Positions 7,727-16,463 of a stretch of 32,000 nt of DNA are shown here, in pieces. Location: the NCBI GenBank assembly GCA_017643215.1, contig JAEPNV010000011.1, positions 142,313-174,312 of the forward strand, read 5' to 3'. A model generated the notes under the pieces. That model saw only the letters and a list, made by a program, of their open reading frames with translations, was not told the DNA's origin and did no database searches. Within the stretch, counting starts at the first letter, position 1; each line of letters starts with the position of its first letter. A program made the position numbers and the translations under genes. Origin of the DNA: Roseibium sp. (GTDB lineage Bacteria > Pseudomonadota > Alphaproteobacteria > Rhizobiales > Stappiaceae).

Positions 7727-8527
7727 ATGTTGCCCAAGCGCTATTGGCATGAAATGACGACCGTCGACTTCCAAAATCCCGATATCGGGAACTGGATCGC
7801 GGTGTTGCCTGTGGCGGCGATCGAACAACACGGGCCGCATCTGCCGGTCTACACCGACACGGCCATCGCCAATGGCCAGGTCAGCCGCGTGATTGACCTC
7901 TTGCCGGATGACCTGCCGGTGACCTTTTTGCCCACGCAGGCGATTGGCAAGTCAAACGAACACATCTCCTCTCCGGGCACTTTGACGCTGTCATGGGACA
8001 CGGTGACCCAAGCCTGGCTGGACATCGGGCGCTCCGTCGCCAGAGCCGGCGTTCGCAAGCTCGTCCTGATCAACGCCCATGGCGGCAATGTTCCCATCAT
8101 CGACATCGTCGCGCGCGAACTCAGGGTTGACCACGACATGCTTGTGACCGCGACCGCCTGGGCACGCTTTGGCCAGCCAGAGGGTGTCTTTCCGGCCGAA
8201 GAATTCACCTATGGAATTCACGGCGGCGATGTCGAAACATCCCTCATGCTGCACCTTCACCCGGACCTGGTGCGCATGGACCTGGCCGAGGATTTCACGT
8301 CGGCGCAACAGGACTTTCTGCAAGAGTTCAAGCACCTGCGCGGCCATGGTCCGGCGCAGTTCGGCTGGAAGGCGCAGGATCTGAATGACAAGGGTGTCGT
8401 CGGCAACGCCGCGAACGCCACGGCGGAAAAAGGCCGGCTGTCGCTCGACCATGCCGCGCGGGGTTTTGTCGAGTTGTTAAAGGACGTCCACGCATTCGAG
8501 CTGGCCCGGCTTTGGAAGGCACCGTGA
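7727..8527 (+). CDS. Creatininase-family amidohydrolase
   Basis: 266-aa ORF with creatininase-family hallmarks: VLPVAAIEQHGPHLPVYTD, INAHGGN and HGGDVETS. An AAAGGGA Shine-Dalgarno sequence lies upstream of the ATG. Confidence 0.85.
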   Translation: MLPKRYWHEMTTVDFQNPDIGNWIAVLPVAAIEQHGPHLPVYTDTAIANGQVSRVIDLLPDDLPVTFLPTQAIGKSNEHISSPGTLTLSWDTVTQAWLDIGRSVARAGVRKLVLINAHGGNVPIIDIVARELRVDHDMLVTATAWARFGQPEGVFPAEEFTYGIHGGDVETSLMLHLHPDLVRMDLAEDFTSAQQDFLQEFKHLRGHGPAQFGWKAQDLNDKGVVGNAANATAEKGRLSLDHAARGFVELLKDVHAFELARLWKAP

Positions 8528-8550
8528 GAAACGGGCGTAAAACCCGCCTG

Positions 8551-9255
8551 TTAAAACGGGATCGGCTTGCCGAGATGGTCGAAAAATCCACCGGTATCAC
8601 CTTTATCCAGATTCGCCAGAACCTTTAAAAGCCGGTCGGCCGACTGATCGGGTTTTTGTACGTCGAGACCCTGCTTTCCAAAGGGGTCCGAAAGCCCGGT
8701 CGCGACGGTGCCGGGGTGCAGCGCCACGCAAATCGCCTCAGGCCGCGTGCGGTTCAGCTCGATCGCAGCGCAGCGCATCACCTGGTTGAGGGCCGCCTTG
8801 GACGCCCGGTAGGAATACCAGCCGCCGAGGTTGTTGTCGGATATTGATCCCACACGCGCGGAAAGCGTCGCAAACACCGCGCGGCCCTCGCGCGGCAAGA
8901 GCGGCAGAAAATGCTTCAGGATAAGGGCGGGACCGATCGTGTTGATGGCGAATGCCGTTGCCATCGCGCCCGGATCGAGGGTCCGCCAGGTCTTTTCTGG
9001 TCTATGACCCGGCCAGCTCAGGACACCCGTTGCGTCGATCACAAGTCGGATGTCATCGCCTTGGGCCCGGAGTGCCGCAGCAGCCGCTTCAATGCTGGCC
9101 TCGTTGAGCAAATCGATTGATGGGTCGGTGGATCGCGACAGGCCAATCACCGGACCCGCACCATGCATCGACGCCAACCGGCCGCACAAGGCCGATCCGA
9201 TGCCGCCGGTGCTGCCCAGGACGACAGCGGCGCCGGGGTGATCAAAAAGTGCCAT
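8551..9255 (-). CDS. SDR-family oxidoreductase
   Basis: Contains the Rossmann motif VVLGSTGGIGSAL and the catalytic YRASKAAL. I prefer the ATG at 9255, which follows GAGGG by 5 nt (MALFDHPG...), over the track's TTG at 9267. Confidence 0.8.
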   Translation of the reverse strand: MALFDHPGAAVVLGSTGGIGSALCGRLASMHGAGPVIGLSRSTDPSIDLLNEASIEAAAAALRAQGDDIRLVIDATGVLSWPGHRPEKTWRTLDPGAMATAFAINTIGPALILKHFLPLLPREGRAVFATLSARVGSISDNNLGGWYSYRASKAALNQVMRCAAIELNRTRPEAICVALHPGTVATGLSDPFGKQGLDVQKPDQSADRLLKVLANLDKGDTGGFFDHLGKPIPF

Positions 9256-9354
9256 GTTTGCCCTCAACCGAACCTATCAAGACCGCCCGCACCCGCTCTG
9301 ACGAACGACCGGCTGCCGAGGCCAGATAGGCGCGCCTTGACGTGAGGCAAGGCT

Positions 9355-11727
9355 TCAGGCGGTGAGGCGGATCGGTTTTCCGGGCGCGAGCCGGTTCGCG
9401 GCGGCGACGATGGCGTCGGCATCGATCCCGAAATGCGCGTAAAGCTCTGAAATCGTGCCCGTCTGCCCAAAATGCTCCACGCCGAGCGGCACCGTCCGGT
9501 GTCCGGCGACGGCGCCGAGCCAGGCGAGGGTTGCCGGATGGCCGTCAATCACGGTGATCAGGACACAATGCGGCGGAAGATCGCCCAAAAGCCGTTCCGC
9601 CAAACTCAACGCATCCGCCTGTCCGCGCGCGCGGGCGCGCTGCGCAGCCGTCCACCCGGCATTCAGACGGTCGGCGGAGGTGATCGCCAGGACACCGATG
9701 TCACGCCGGTCGCCGCCGATGCGGCCGGCCGCTTCGATCGCCTCCGGAGCCACACAGCCCTGATAGGCAATGACGATATCCGCGTTGGGACCGGGCTCCT
9801 TGAGCCAATAGGCACCATCGATCACGCCCTTTTCAAAGTCGCGGCTTGGACGTTGGGCCGGCTGTTCGAGCGGGCGCGTCGACAGGCGCAAATAGACCGA
9901 GCCGCCGGTTTCATCGCGCAGCCACGTGCGCTCATCCGGATCGCCTTCGCCGTCGCGCTGCATGTAGTCGAACGACCACGCCATGATCTGCGAGAGTTCA
10001 TCCAGAAAGGCCGGTTCAAAAGCGGCAAGACCGTCCTGGCTCATGCCAATCAGCGGCGTTCCAATCGACTGGTGCGCCCCGCCTTCAGGTGCAAGCGTGA
10101 CGCCGGAAGGCGTCCCGGCAATCAAAAACCGGCTGTCCTGATAACAGGCGTAATTGAGCGCATCGAGCCCCCGGGCGACGAACGGATCGTAGACGGTACC
10201 AACCGGCAGGAGCCGCTCCCCGAACAGGCTGTGCGACAAACCGGCCGCGCCCAGCATCAAGAACAGGTTCATCTCGGCGATCCCGAGCTCGATATGCTGA
10301 CCGGCCGGGGAAAACGCCCATTTCTGGGCGGACGGAATCCGCTCTTCGCGAAATGTATCGGTCTGGAACTCGCGGGCAAACAGCCCCCGCCGGTTCACCC
10401 AACCACCCAGATTGGTCGACACGGTCACATCCGGCGACATGGTGACGATGCGGTCTGCGAGCGGTCCGCCGGCGCGCGCAATTCCGTCCATGATCTTGCC
10501 AAATCCGGCCTGGGTGCTGAGCAGTTTGTTGTCCAGAAGCACCGGACCCTCAACGGGGATCGCCGGCGCGGAAAAGCGGCGGGTGCCTTTTGCGAAAAAC
10601 GGCACATCAGCCAATTCGCGTTTCAATCCCTCCGGGTCGCCGACGCCGGCGAGCGGCTCCCATTCCTGCCCGGCGGGCACGCCCATTTTGGACTGGAACG
10701 CCGTCATCTGTGCGGCGGTCATCAATCCGGCGTGATTGTCCTTGTGTCCGGCCAAAGGCGTTCCCCAACCTTTGATCGTGTAGGCGAGAAACACCGTCGG
10801 CCGGTCATCGCCAACTGCATCGAACGCCGCGCACAGGGTATTGAGACAGTGTCCGCCAAGGTTTTCCATCAGCTCCGACAATGCGTCATCGCTGCGCCGG
10901 TCCAGCAAAGCGGTGACGTCGCCCTGATCGCCGATGTCGTCGAGAAGCCGCGCGCGCCACGCCGAACCGCCCTGAAAGGTCAAAGCCGAATAAAGCGCGT
11001 TCGGACAGGCATCAATCCAGTTCTTGAGCCTTTCACCACCCGGCTCCGCGAATGCGGCTTCCTGCAGCGCACCATATTTCAGGCGCACGACTCGCCAGTC
11101 GAACGCGGTGAAAATGGCCTCAATCCGCCGCCAAAGCCCCTCGCGCACGACACCGTCCAGGCTCTGCCGGTTGTAGTCGATGATCCACCATGTCTTGCGC
11201 AGATCGTGCTTCCAGCCCTCTTGAAGCGCTTCGTAGATATTGCCCTCGTCAAGCTCCGCATCACCAATCAGCGCCACCATCCGGCCGTCCGGCCGACCCG
11301 CCGCCCAGCCGTGGCCGCGAAGGTAATCCTGTGTGATCGACGCGAACATCGGCATGGCCGCGCCAAGGCCCACGGACCCGGTCGAAAAATCAACGTCGTC
11401 AATATCCTTGGTGCGCGAAGGGTAACTTTGGGCACCGCCGAACCCGCGGAAGTTCTCCAGTTTTTCCTGCGTTTGATGGCCCATAAGATACTGCATCGCG
11501 TGAAAAACCGGAGACGCATGCGGTTTGACGGCAACGCGGTCTTCCGGACGCAGCACATGAAAATAAAGCGCGGTCATGAGCGAGACCATCGAAGCCGAAC
11601 TCGCCTGATGCCCACCCACTTTAACGTCGGTCGCGGTCTTGTCCCTGAGCACATTGGCATGGTGGATCGTCCAGCAGGACAGCCACAACAAACGCTGTTC
11701 GATCGTCTTCAAGCTGTGCGCATCCAT
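9355..11727 (-). CDS. Thiamine-diphosphate-dependent E1 / transketolase-like protein (~790 aa)
   Basis: The N-terminus IEQRLLWLSCWTIHHANVLRDK..VKVGGHQASSASMVSLMTALYF resembles homodimeric E1 components. It has a GDAELDEGNIYEAL ThDP-binding motif and a transketolase-like C-terminal half. The ATG at 11727 is preceded by AAGGAA. A GTG at 11769 is an alternative start. Confidence 0.8.
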   Translation of the reverse strand: MDAHSLKTIEQRLLWLSCWTIHHANVLRDKTATDVKVGGHQASSASMVSLMTALYFHVLRPEDRVAVKPHASPVFHAMQYLMGHQTQEKLENFRGFGGAQSYPSRTKDIDDVDFSTGSVGLGAAMPMFASITQDYLRGHGWAAGRPDGRMVALIGDAELDEGNIYEALQEGWKHDLRKTWWIIDYNRQSLDGVVREGLWRRIEAIFTAFDWRVVRLKYGALQEAAFAEPGGERLKNWIDACPNALYSALTFQGGSAWRARLLDDIGDQGDVTALLDRRSDDALSELMENLGGHCLNTLCAAFDAVGDDRPTVFLAYTIKGWGTPLAGHKDNHAGLMTAAQMTAFQSKMGVPAGQEWEPLAGVGDPEGLKRELADVPFFAKGTRRFSAPAIPVEGPVLLDNKLLSTQAGFGKIMDGIARAGGPLADRIVTMSPDVTVSTNLGGWVNRRGLFAREFQTDTFREERIPSAQKWAFSPAGQHIELGIAEMNLFLMLGAAGLSHSLFGERLLPVGTVYDPFVARGLDALNYACYQDSRFLIAGTPSGVTLAPEGGAHQSIGTPLIGMSQDGLAAFEPAFLDELSQIMAWSFDYMQRDGEGDPDERTWLRDETGGSVYLRLSTRPLEQPAQRPSRDFEKGVIDGAYWLKEPGPNADIVIAYQGCVAPEAIEAAGRIGGDRRDIGVLAITSADRLNAGWTAAQRARARGQADALSLAERLLGDLPPHCVLITVIDGHPATLAWLGAVAGHRTVPLGVEHFGQTGTISELYAHFGIDADAIVAAANRLAPGKPIRLTA

Positions 11728-11970
11728 GTGCCACGTTCCTTGTATCGGAGTGCCTCGCCGGTCCCGCACTTTATGCCGGACGGATCAAAAGAACGTGCTC
11801 ATTTGCGGCTACGAGGATGAGCCAAGCGCAAAATCATTGCGTCGCAAGCGTGGAAATTGGAAGATTTCCGCTAAATCGGTTCCATATGCTTCTAGGTGTT
11901 GCCGGACCGCCGGCGCCATTGAACCTGTTTTAAAGTCGGTCAAGGAAACCTGATATGCGTCTCCCGATCA

Positions 11971-12268
11971 CCAGCCGGATTCTGGCCGGGCGGCAGTGGG
12001 ATCGACGATCGGGGCTTTGATTCCGACGCTTATCCAACACTCGAGGGTTTTGAAGACGCCGCCATTGAGCCCGCGGCAGGCGTATTTCGATATCACTCTC
12101 GGCGAGTTCATCCTGCCATATGAAGCGGTACGGCGGGTGGGCGATCCGGAAGACACGCTGATATCCTTTCTCACGACGACATACCGGTGCGCGGCGGATC
12201 TTGGCGGCTTAGGCCGCATTGCGCCCAACTGCGAGTTCCGCCGACCTCAGATACTCTGCCAACTGTGA
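11971..12268 (+). pseudogene. C-terminal remnant of a DUF5996-family gene, N-terminally truncated and frameshifted
   Basis: Frame 1 reads PAGFWPGGSGIDDRGFDSDAYPTLEGFEDAAIEPAAG. After an apparent 1-nt insertion near 12079, frame 2 reads AYFDITLGEFILPYEAVRRVGDPEDTLISFLTTTYRCAADLGG. This matches my recollection of the DUF5996 C-terminus (GFWPGG...AYP.PEGF...GEFILPYDAVR...AADLGGW). An in-frame TGA at 11920-11922 limits the upstream extent, whereas the full-length family is about 300 aa. Confidence 0.55.
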
Positions 12269-12417
12269 CAGCGGTCGCATAGACCGGATTGTCAGGATCT
12301 TAAGGTGGCGGCTGCGGCATCGGCGCGGCGGCGCGCCGATCGCTGAAAAAAAGTAATCCACGCTGCCGAAGTCCATGCGACCCTTGGCCCGTTCCAAGTC
12401 AAAGGAGGCAGAGCCGC

Positions 12418-12678
12418 ATGGACAGGTTTTCCGACCATTCGATCGCACTCGACAGTCCGGCGAGCGACGGATTTGCAATCGTGCCCAATGACAGTGTCGA
12501 TCTGCCGGAGGTCACCAGAGCCGTCTATGTCGGTGTCAGCGGATCCATCCGGACGGTCACGGCGGGCGGCGGCGAACTGGTGCTGGACGGGGCCGTCGCC
12601 GGGACCTTGATACCGGTCAGGGTCAAGCGGGTCTATGCCACCGGCACGACGGCCGCTGGTCTTGTGGCATTGGTCTGA
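12418..12678 (+). CDS. Small phage/GTA structural protein, RcGTA head-spike base (Rcc01079/GhsA)-like
   Basis: 86-aa ORF with a strong Shine-Dalgarno sequence AGGAGG at 12403-12408. The pattern DRFSDHS..L.SPA..GFAIVPND..DLPEVTRAVYVG.SG.....TAGG.ELV.....AGTLIPVRVKRVYATGTTAAGLVALV matches my memory of the spike-base family. This was not verified by search. Confidence 0.6.
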   Translation: MDRFSDHSIALDSPASDGFAIVPNDSVDLPEVTRAVYVGVSGSIRTVTAGGGELVLDGAVAGTLIPVRVKRVYATGTTAAGLVALV

Positions 12679-12682
12679 GCCC

Positions 12683-13681
12683 ATGCGGATCGGGGTTGTC
12701 GCAACGGTTGAAACGACGCCGCCACGCTGGTGGCCGCTGGACGGGACCCTTGCGGCCGATTTTCCACACCGCCGGTACATGCGGTCTGGCGTTCCGGTTT
12801 CAGCGGACACGGCTTTTTCGGTAGGCCGCGCAAGTGAAATTGCCGCGGATGACAGCCTGGGAAAATGGCATTGGTTCGTCGCCGATGAACCCGCTATCAC
12901 CGACCGCGGGCTGTTCGTTTCGCCGGCCAGCACAAACCACATTGCCGACACACGTTTTTCAAGTGCCGTCCCCGGGGTGGTCGGCGCTGATGCCGTCTTG
13001 CCCGTCGGCTGGGCGTTTACCTCGCCCACAGGATTAACCTGGGAGATTTTGGGCATTGGTGCCGATGATGGTTACGGGCTTGCCTTTGTCGATGTGCGGC
13101 TGTCAGGAACAAATGCATCCGGGTCAACGGTGTATCCGCAAGTGCGTTTTGCTGATGGCCTGTCGCTGGGAGCACCCGGCACCGATTTCACGCTGTCGAG
13201 TTGGGTTACCGAAGTGACAGCCCCGGCGCCGCCGCAAAACCGTCCGGTGCTTCAAATGATCGTGCGCCGTTCAGGTGGCTCGTCCTACACCTATCCAGGG
13301 ATCACGATCGCAACAGCCGCCCGCGCCAGATGGTCGAGGGTGCATCAAATTGGCGCCAATTTCGCCGATGAACTGGCGGTCGAAACGGCCTGCATCCAAC
13401 AGAATGTGCTGGACTCGGAAAGCGTCGACGTGTCCTTCCGGCTGGCGGGCATGCAGTTTGAAGACAGAGCGGCCCCGACCGCACCCATTCGCACCGATGG
13501 TGTTTCGCAATCCCGCGCCAGCCAGACACTGGCCGCGCATCTGCCCGCCGGCACGCATGATGTGACCGTGGATCGTGACGGGGCCTCTTCTCTGGTCTTT
13601 CCCGGATTGTCGGGAAGCGCCGCCCTACCGGCGACCGGCGAGTGGTTCGTCATCGGACTCAATGCCCGCCCAAGCCCGTGA
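12683..13681 (+). CDS. Putative head-spike fibre / receptor-binding protein (Rcc01080/GhsB-like)
   Basis: The ORF frame is open from 12635. I prefer the ATG at 12683, 5 nt after the upstream stop. The composition is beta-rich and rich in Gly, Ser, Thr and Ala. The LPVGW...G.DDGYG motif and the C-terminal GMQFEDRAAPTAPIRTDG...SRASQTL resemble jelly-roll fibre domains. Pairing with the spike-base-like gene supports the call. Confidence 0.5.
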   Translation: MRIGVVATVETTPPRWWPLDGTLAADFPHRRYMRSGVPVSADTAFSVGRASEIAADDSLGKWHWFVADEPAITDRGLFVSPASTNHIADTRFSSAVPGVVGADAVLPVGWAFTSPTGLTWEILGIGADDGYGLAFVDVRLSGTNASGSTVYPQVRFADGLSLGAPGTDFTLSSWVTEVTAPAPPQNRPVLQMIVRRSGGSSYTYPGITIATAARARWSRVHQIGANFADELAVETACIQQNVLDSESVDVSFRLAGMQFEDRAAPTAPIRTDGVSQSRASQTLAAHLPAGTHDVTVDRDGASSLVFPGLSGSAALPATGEWFVIGLNARPSP

Positions 13682-14932
13682 GCGGGCTGCGTGGGTGTCC
13701 GGCGAACCTTGGTATGACGCAGCCAAACCCAATCCGATCCCAACCATCAAAATCAGATAGACCGGATTGTTTCCGTTGAGGATGGACGTTTCCATGAGAT
13801 TATGGAGAAGGCAGAAAACCACAAAAACAAATGACACATCGGTAAAGACGTTTCTTTTGCCCCGGTCGAGCAGCAGCCGAAGGAGTGGCGCCACAACGAA
13901 CGCAAAAAGCGTGAGCAAAAAGCCCGGCACACCGAGCGTCACGATCGTATCGAGATAGCCGTTATGGCCCTGACCTGTGCGAATGCCCCAACCATCCGTC
14001 AGGCCCAGGATCGGACTGTAGATGCCCGTTCGCCAAAACGACCCGTAACCGCTGCCAAAGACGGGATTGTGCGAAATGTAACCGGCAAGCGCCGCCCACA
14101 GTTCCGTTCGCGCTGAAAAATACCGGCTGGCGGCAAGCCATGACCAGATGTCAGGGCCATTCAAGATCAACGTCAAAACGAGGATGACGGCCAAAAAGGT
14201 GCACAAAAACAGAAATCCGGCGCGGCCCAGTCTTCCCTGTAGGCATGCACGAAATTCCAGCAACGGAATGAGGCCGATGCAGATCAGGATGGAGGTCTTG
14301 GAACTTGTTCCGATCATAAAGACGAGGCTCAAGGCCATCAGGGCAAGATTGTACCGCCCGATCCGATGCTTCCAGCGGCAATAGAAGATCAGCGCGCCGG
14401 CCGCGGCGACCGCGCCGGCGTAGTTTTTGTGAATATGAACACCTTTCCATGCGCCAATGAGGTTTTCGTCAAGAGCCGCGGAATGGTGGATCGCATTCTG
14501 GACGGCCAGCACGCTTGCCAGATCGGCGAACATGACAACGGCAAACGCCGCCGCAGCGAGGTTCAACACGACGAGCGGCGGCGTTTTGACCATGAAGATG
14601 AAGAGTGCGAACGTGACCAAGGTCACCTGCGCAAAGCGTGGAGCGGCATGAACAAGCGACACCGACCAGGCGAGCGAGACACCGCAATAACAAAGAACGA
14701 GCGCGATCGGAATCAAGCCCGTGGCCCGAAAGGACTGGCCCTTTGTAAGCAAAGACGCGCCGATGCACAGTGACGTCGCGGCCAGATAAAGCGATGCTTC
14801 CAGACCTGTTCCGCCGCTGTCCATCGCAACGGTCTGAATGTTGCCGGCCACAAATGGGCGCGTTCCTGCCAGGATCAGCGTGGACAGCGCAAAGAACGAA
14901 ACCCGGGCGATCGGTACGGCAGCGTGGACCAC
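13625..14932 (-). CDS. O-antigen ligase / Wzy-like polysaccharide polymerase family membrane protein
   Basis: 435-aa ORF with at least 10 hydrophobic segments. It carries the Wzy_C-type motif GQGHNGYLDTIVTLGVPGF. Its 3' end overlaps the convergent fibre-like gene by 57 nt. Confidence 0.75.
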   Translation of the reverse strand: MVHAAVPIARVSFFALSTLILAGTRPFVAGNIQTVAMDSGGTGLEASLYLAATSLCIGASLLTKGQSFRATGLIPIALVLCYCGVSLAWSVSLVHAAPRFAQVTLVTFALFIFMVKTPPLVVLNLAAAAFAVVMFADLASVLAVQNAIHHSAALDENLIGAWKGVHIHKNYAGAVAAAGALIFYCRWKHRIGRYNLALMALSLVFMIGTSSKTSILICIGLIPLLEFRACLQGRLGRAGFLFLCTFLAVILVLTLILNGPDIWSWLAASRYFSARTELWAALAGYISHNPVFGSGYGSFWRTGIYSPILGLTDGWGIRTGQGHNGYLDTIVTLGVPGFLLTLFAFVVAPLLRLLLDRGKRNVFTDVSFVFVVFCLLHNLMETSILNGNNPVYLILMVGIGLGLAASYQGSPDTHAARSRAWAGIESDDEPLAGRR

Positions 14933-14946
14933 ATCATTGCCACTTG

Positions 14947-15921
14947 TTAAGCGCCGGCGGCCGCGGCGCCGCCGTGGATCTCGTCGGCGAAGTAGGCGAT
15001 GGTTTTTCTAAGGCCGTCGTCCAGCGGGACTTTCGGCTCCCATCCCAGCAGCGACCGCGCTTTGCTGATCTCCGGACATCGCTGCGCCGGATCGTCTTGC
15101 GGGCGGGGCAGAAACCGGAGCACGGATCGTGATTCCGTCAGTTTGACGATCCTGTCCGCGAGCGCGCGAACCGCAATCTCCGCCGGATTTCCCAGATTGA
15201 TGGGCGCCCGGAGACTGTCATCGGCATTCATCAACCGCAGCAGCCCGTCAATGAGGTCGTCCCGATAACAGAACGAGCGCGTTTGCGCCCCCGTGCCGTA
15301 AATCGTGATGTCGTCGCTCCGCAGGGCTTGAACGATGAAATTGGAGATGACGCGCCCGTCGTCGCAGCTCATGCCCGGCCCGTAGGTATTGAAGATCCGG
15401 GCGACACGGACGTTAATCCCCCGCTCATGCGCATAGTCGTGAAACAAGGTTTCCGCGCAGCGCTTGCCTTCGTCGTAACAGGCCCGGGCGCCGAACATAT
15501 TGACGTTGCCGAAATAACTTTCCTGTTGCGGATGGACCACCGGATCCCCGTAGACCTCCGAGGTGGATGCCTGCAGGATTTTTGCGCGTTTGGACTGGGC
15601 GAAATCGAGCATGTTGAGCGTACCGACCACGTTGATCTTCATGGTGTAGATCGGATCTTCCTGATACCGCGGCGGCGAGGCCGGACACGCGAGATTGTAG
15701 ATCTCGTCCACGTCCCCATCGAACCGAAGCGGCGCGCAGACATCATGCCGGATCAGTTTGAAGGTTTGCCGGCCAATCAAATGGCGGACGTTGCTGAAGC
15801 GGCCGGTCAGAAAGTTGTCGACACAATTGACCAAATGCCCCTCTGCCAACAATTGCTCACAGAGCGCACTGCCTAAAAATCCGGCGCCGCCGGTGACGAT
15901 AATGCGTTTTCCCCCCACCAT
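14947..15921 (-). CDS. UDP-glucuronate decarboxylase (UDP-xylose synthase-like extended SDR)
   Basis: Contains RIIVTGGAGFLGS, ASTSEVYGDP, YDEGKRCAE and ARIFNTYGP, which are typical of UXS. The ATG at 15921 is preceded by GGGGGA. The track's ATG at 15942 is an alternative start. The stop lies 14 nt upstream of the Wzy-like start. Confidence 0.85.
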   Translation of the reverse strand: MVGGKRIIVTGGAGFLGSALCEQLLAEGHLVNCVDNFLTGRFSNVRHLIGRQTFKLIRHDVCAPLRFDGDVDEIYNLACPASPPRYQEDPIYTMKINVVGTLNMLDFAQSKRAKILQASTSEVYGDPVVHPQQESYFGNVNMFGARACYDEGKRCAETLFHDYAHERGINVRVARIFNTYGPGMSCDDGRVISNFIVQALRSDDITIYGTGAQTRSFCYRDDLIDGLLRLMNADDSLRAPINLGNPAEIAVRALADRIVKLTESRSVLRFLPRPQDDPAQRCPEISKARSLLGWEPKVPLDDGLRKTIAYFADEIHGGAAAAGA

Positions 15922-16463
15922 GTTTTCCCCCGCGAACCGCATGCCGGGTCAGAATCCAGACCCGCTCAAAACCGCGCAGCACAAGATCTTGACCTTGACC
16001 CTCGGGCCCAATCCGAAGTGGCGGCTGCGAGTTCATCCTTCGTTAAGGATTAAAGTCCTCAACGTTAAATTTTTCAATGCATTTTTTCAATCATAAGTAG
16101 ATTTATTGCTTCATTCGCGTATTCGTGCCGCGCTTTCGCGCTCCGGGAGGCTGTTGAGCCTGCATGTTGATTTTTGATAATTATCTGTTTTATATTGCAT
16201 ATTTTCGAAGTAGGAAATGGGTCTGGTCAATTCAGGCGCCAAATCGTGAAAAGTCCTTTTAAACCTTAAATTGCAGATATCAGTTGGGCTTGATAGGAGA
16301 ATTTGCCTGCTTGGCCGATGAAAATGCACCATGACGGGCGATCATTTGACGAAGTGCACCGTTCCAAATCCGTGCAAGGGACATATGTCAGCACCGGCCA
16401 GATGGGCTCAGGCCCGGCATGTTGTAGAGGCGCTGACACCAACCCGGCAGACGCTCAGGTCTG

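Noticed and set aside
9472-11820. 782-aa ORF on the plus strand
   Set aside because: It is antisense to the E1/transketolase-like gene. The composition is biased and rich in Arg, Gly and Pro, with no recognisable motifs.
12292-13056. 254-aa minus-strand ORF overlapping the spike-like genes
   Set aside because: It has no RBS and a non-protein-like composition. The plus-strand ORFs have a strong Shine-Dalgarno sequence and family-like sequence.
16111-16332. 73-aa minus-strand ORF in the AT-rich spacer
   Set aside because: Its codon usage and composition are unlike the surrounding genes. It has no RBS and no recognisable family, so it is probably non-coding regulatory DNA.
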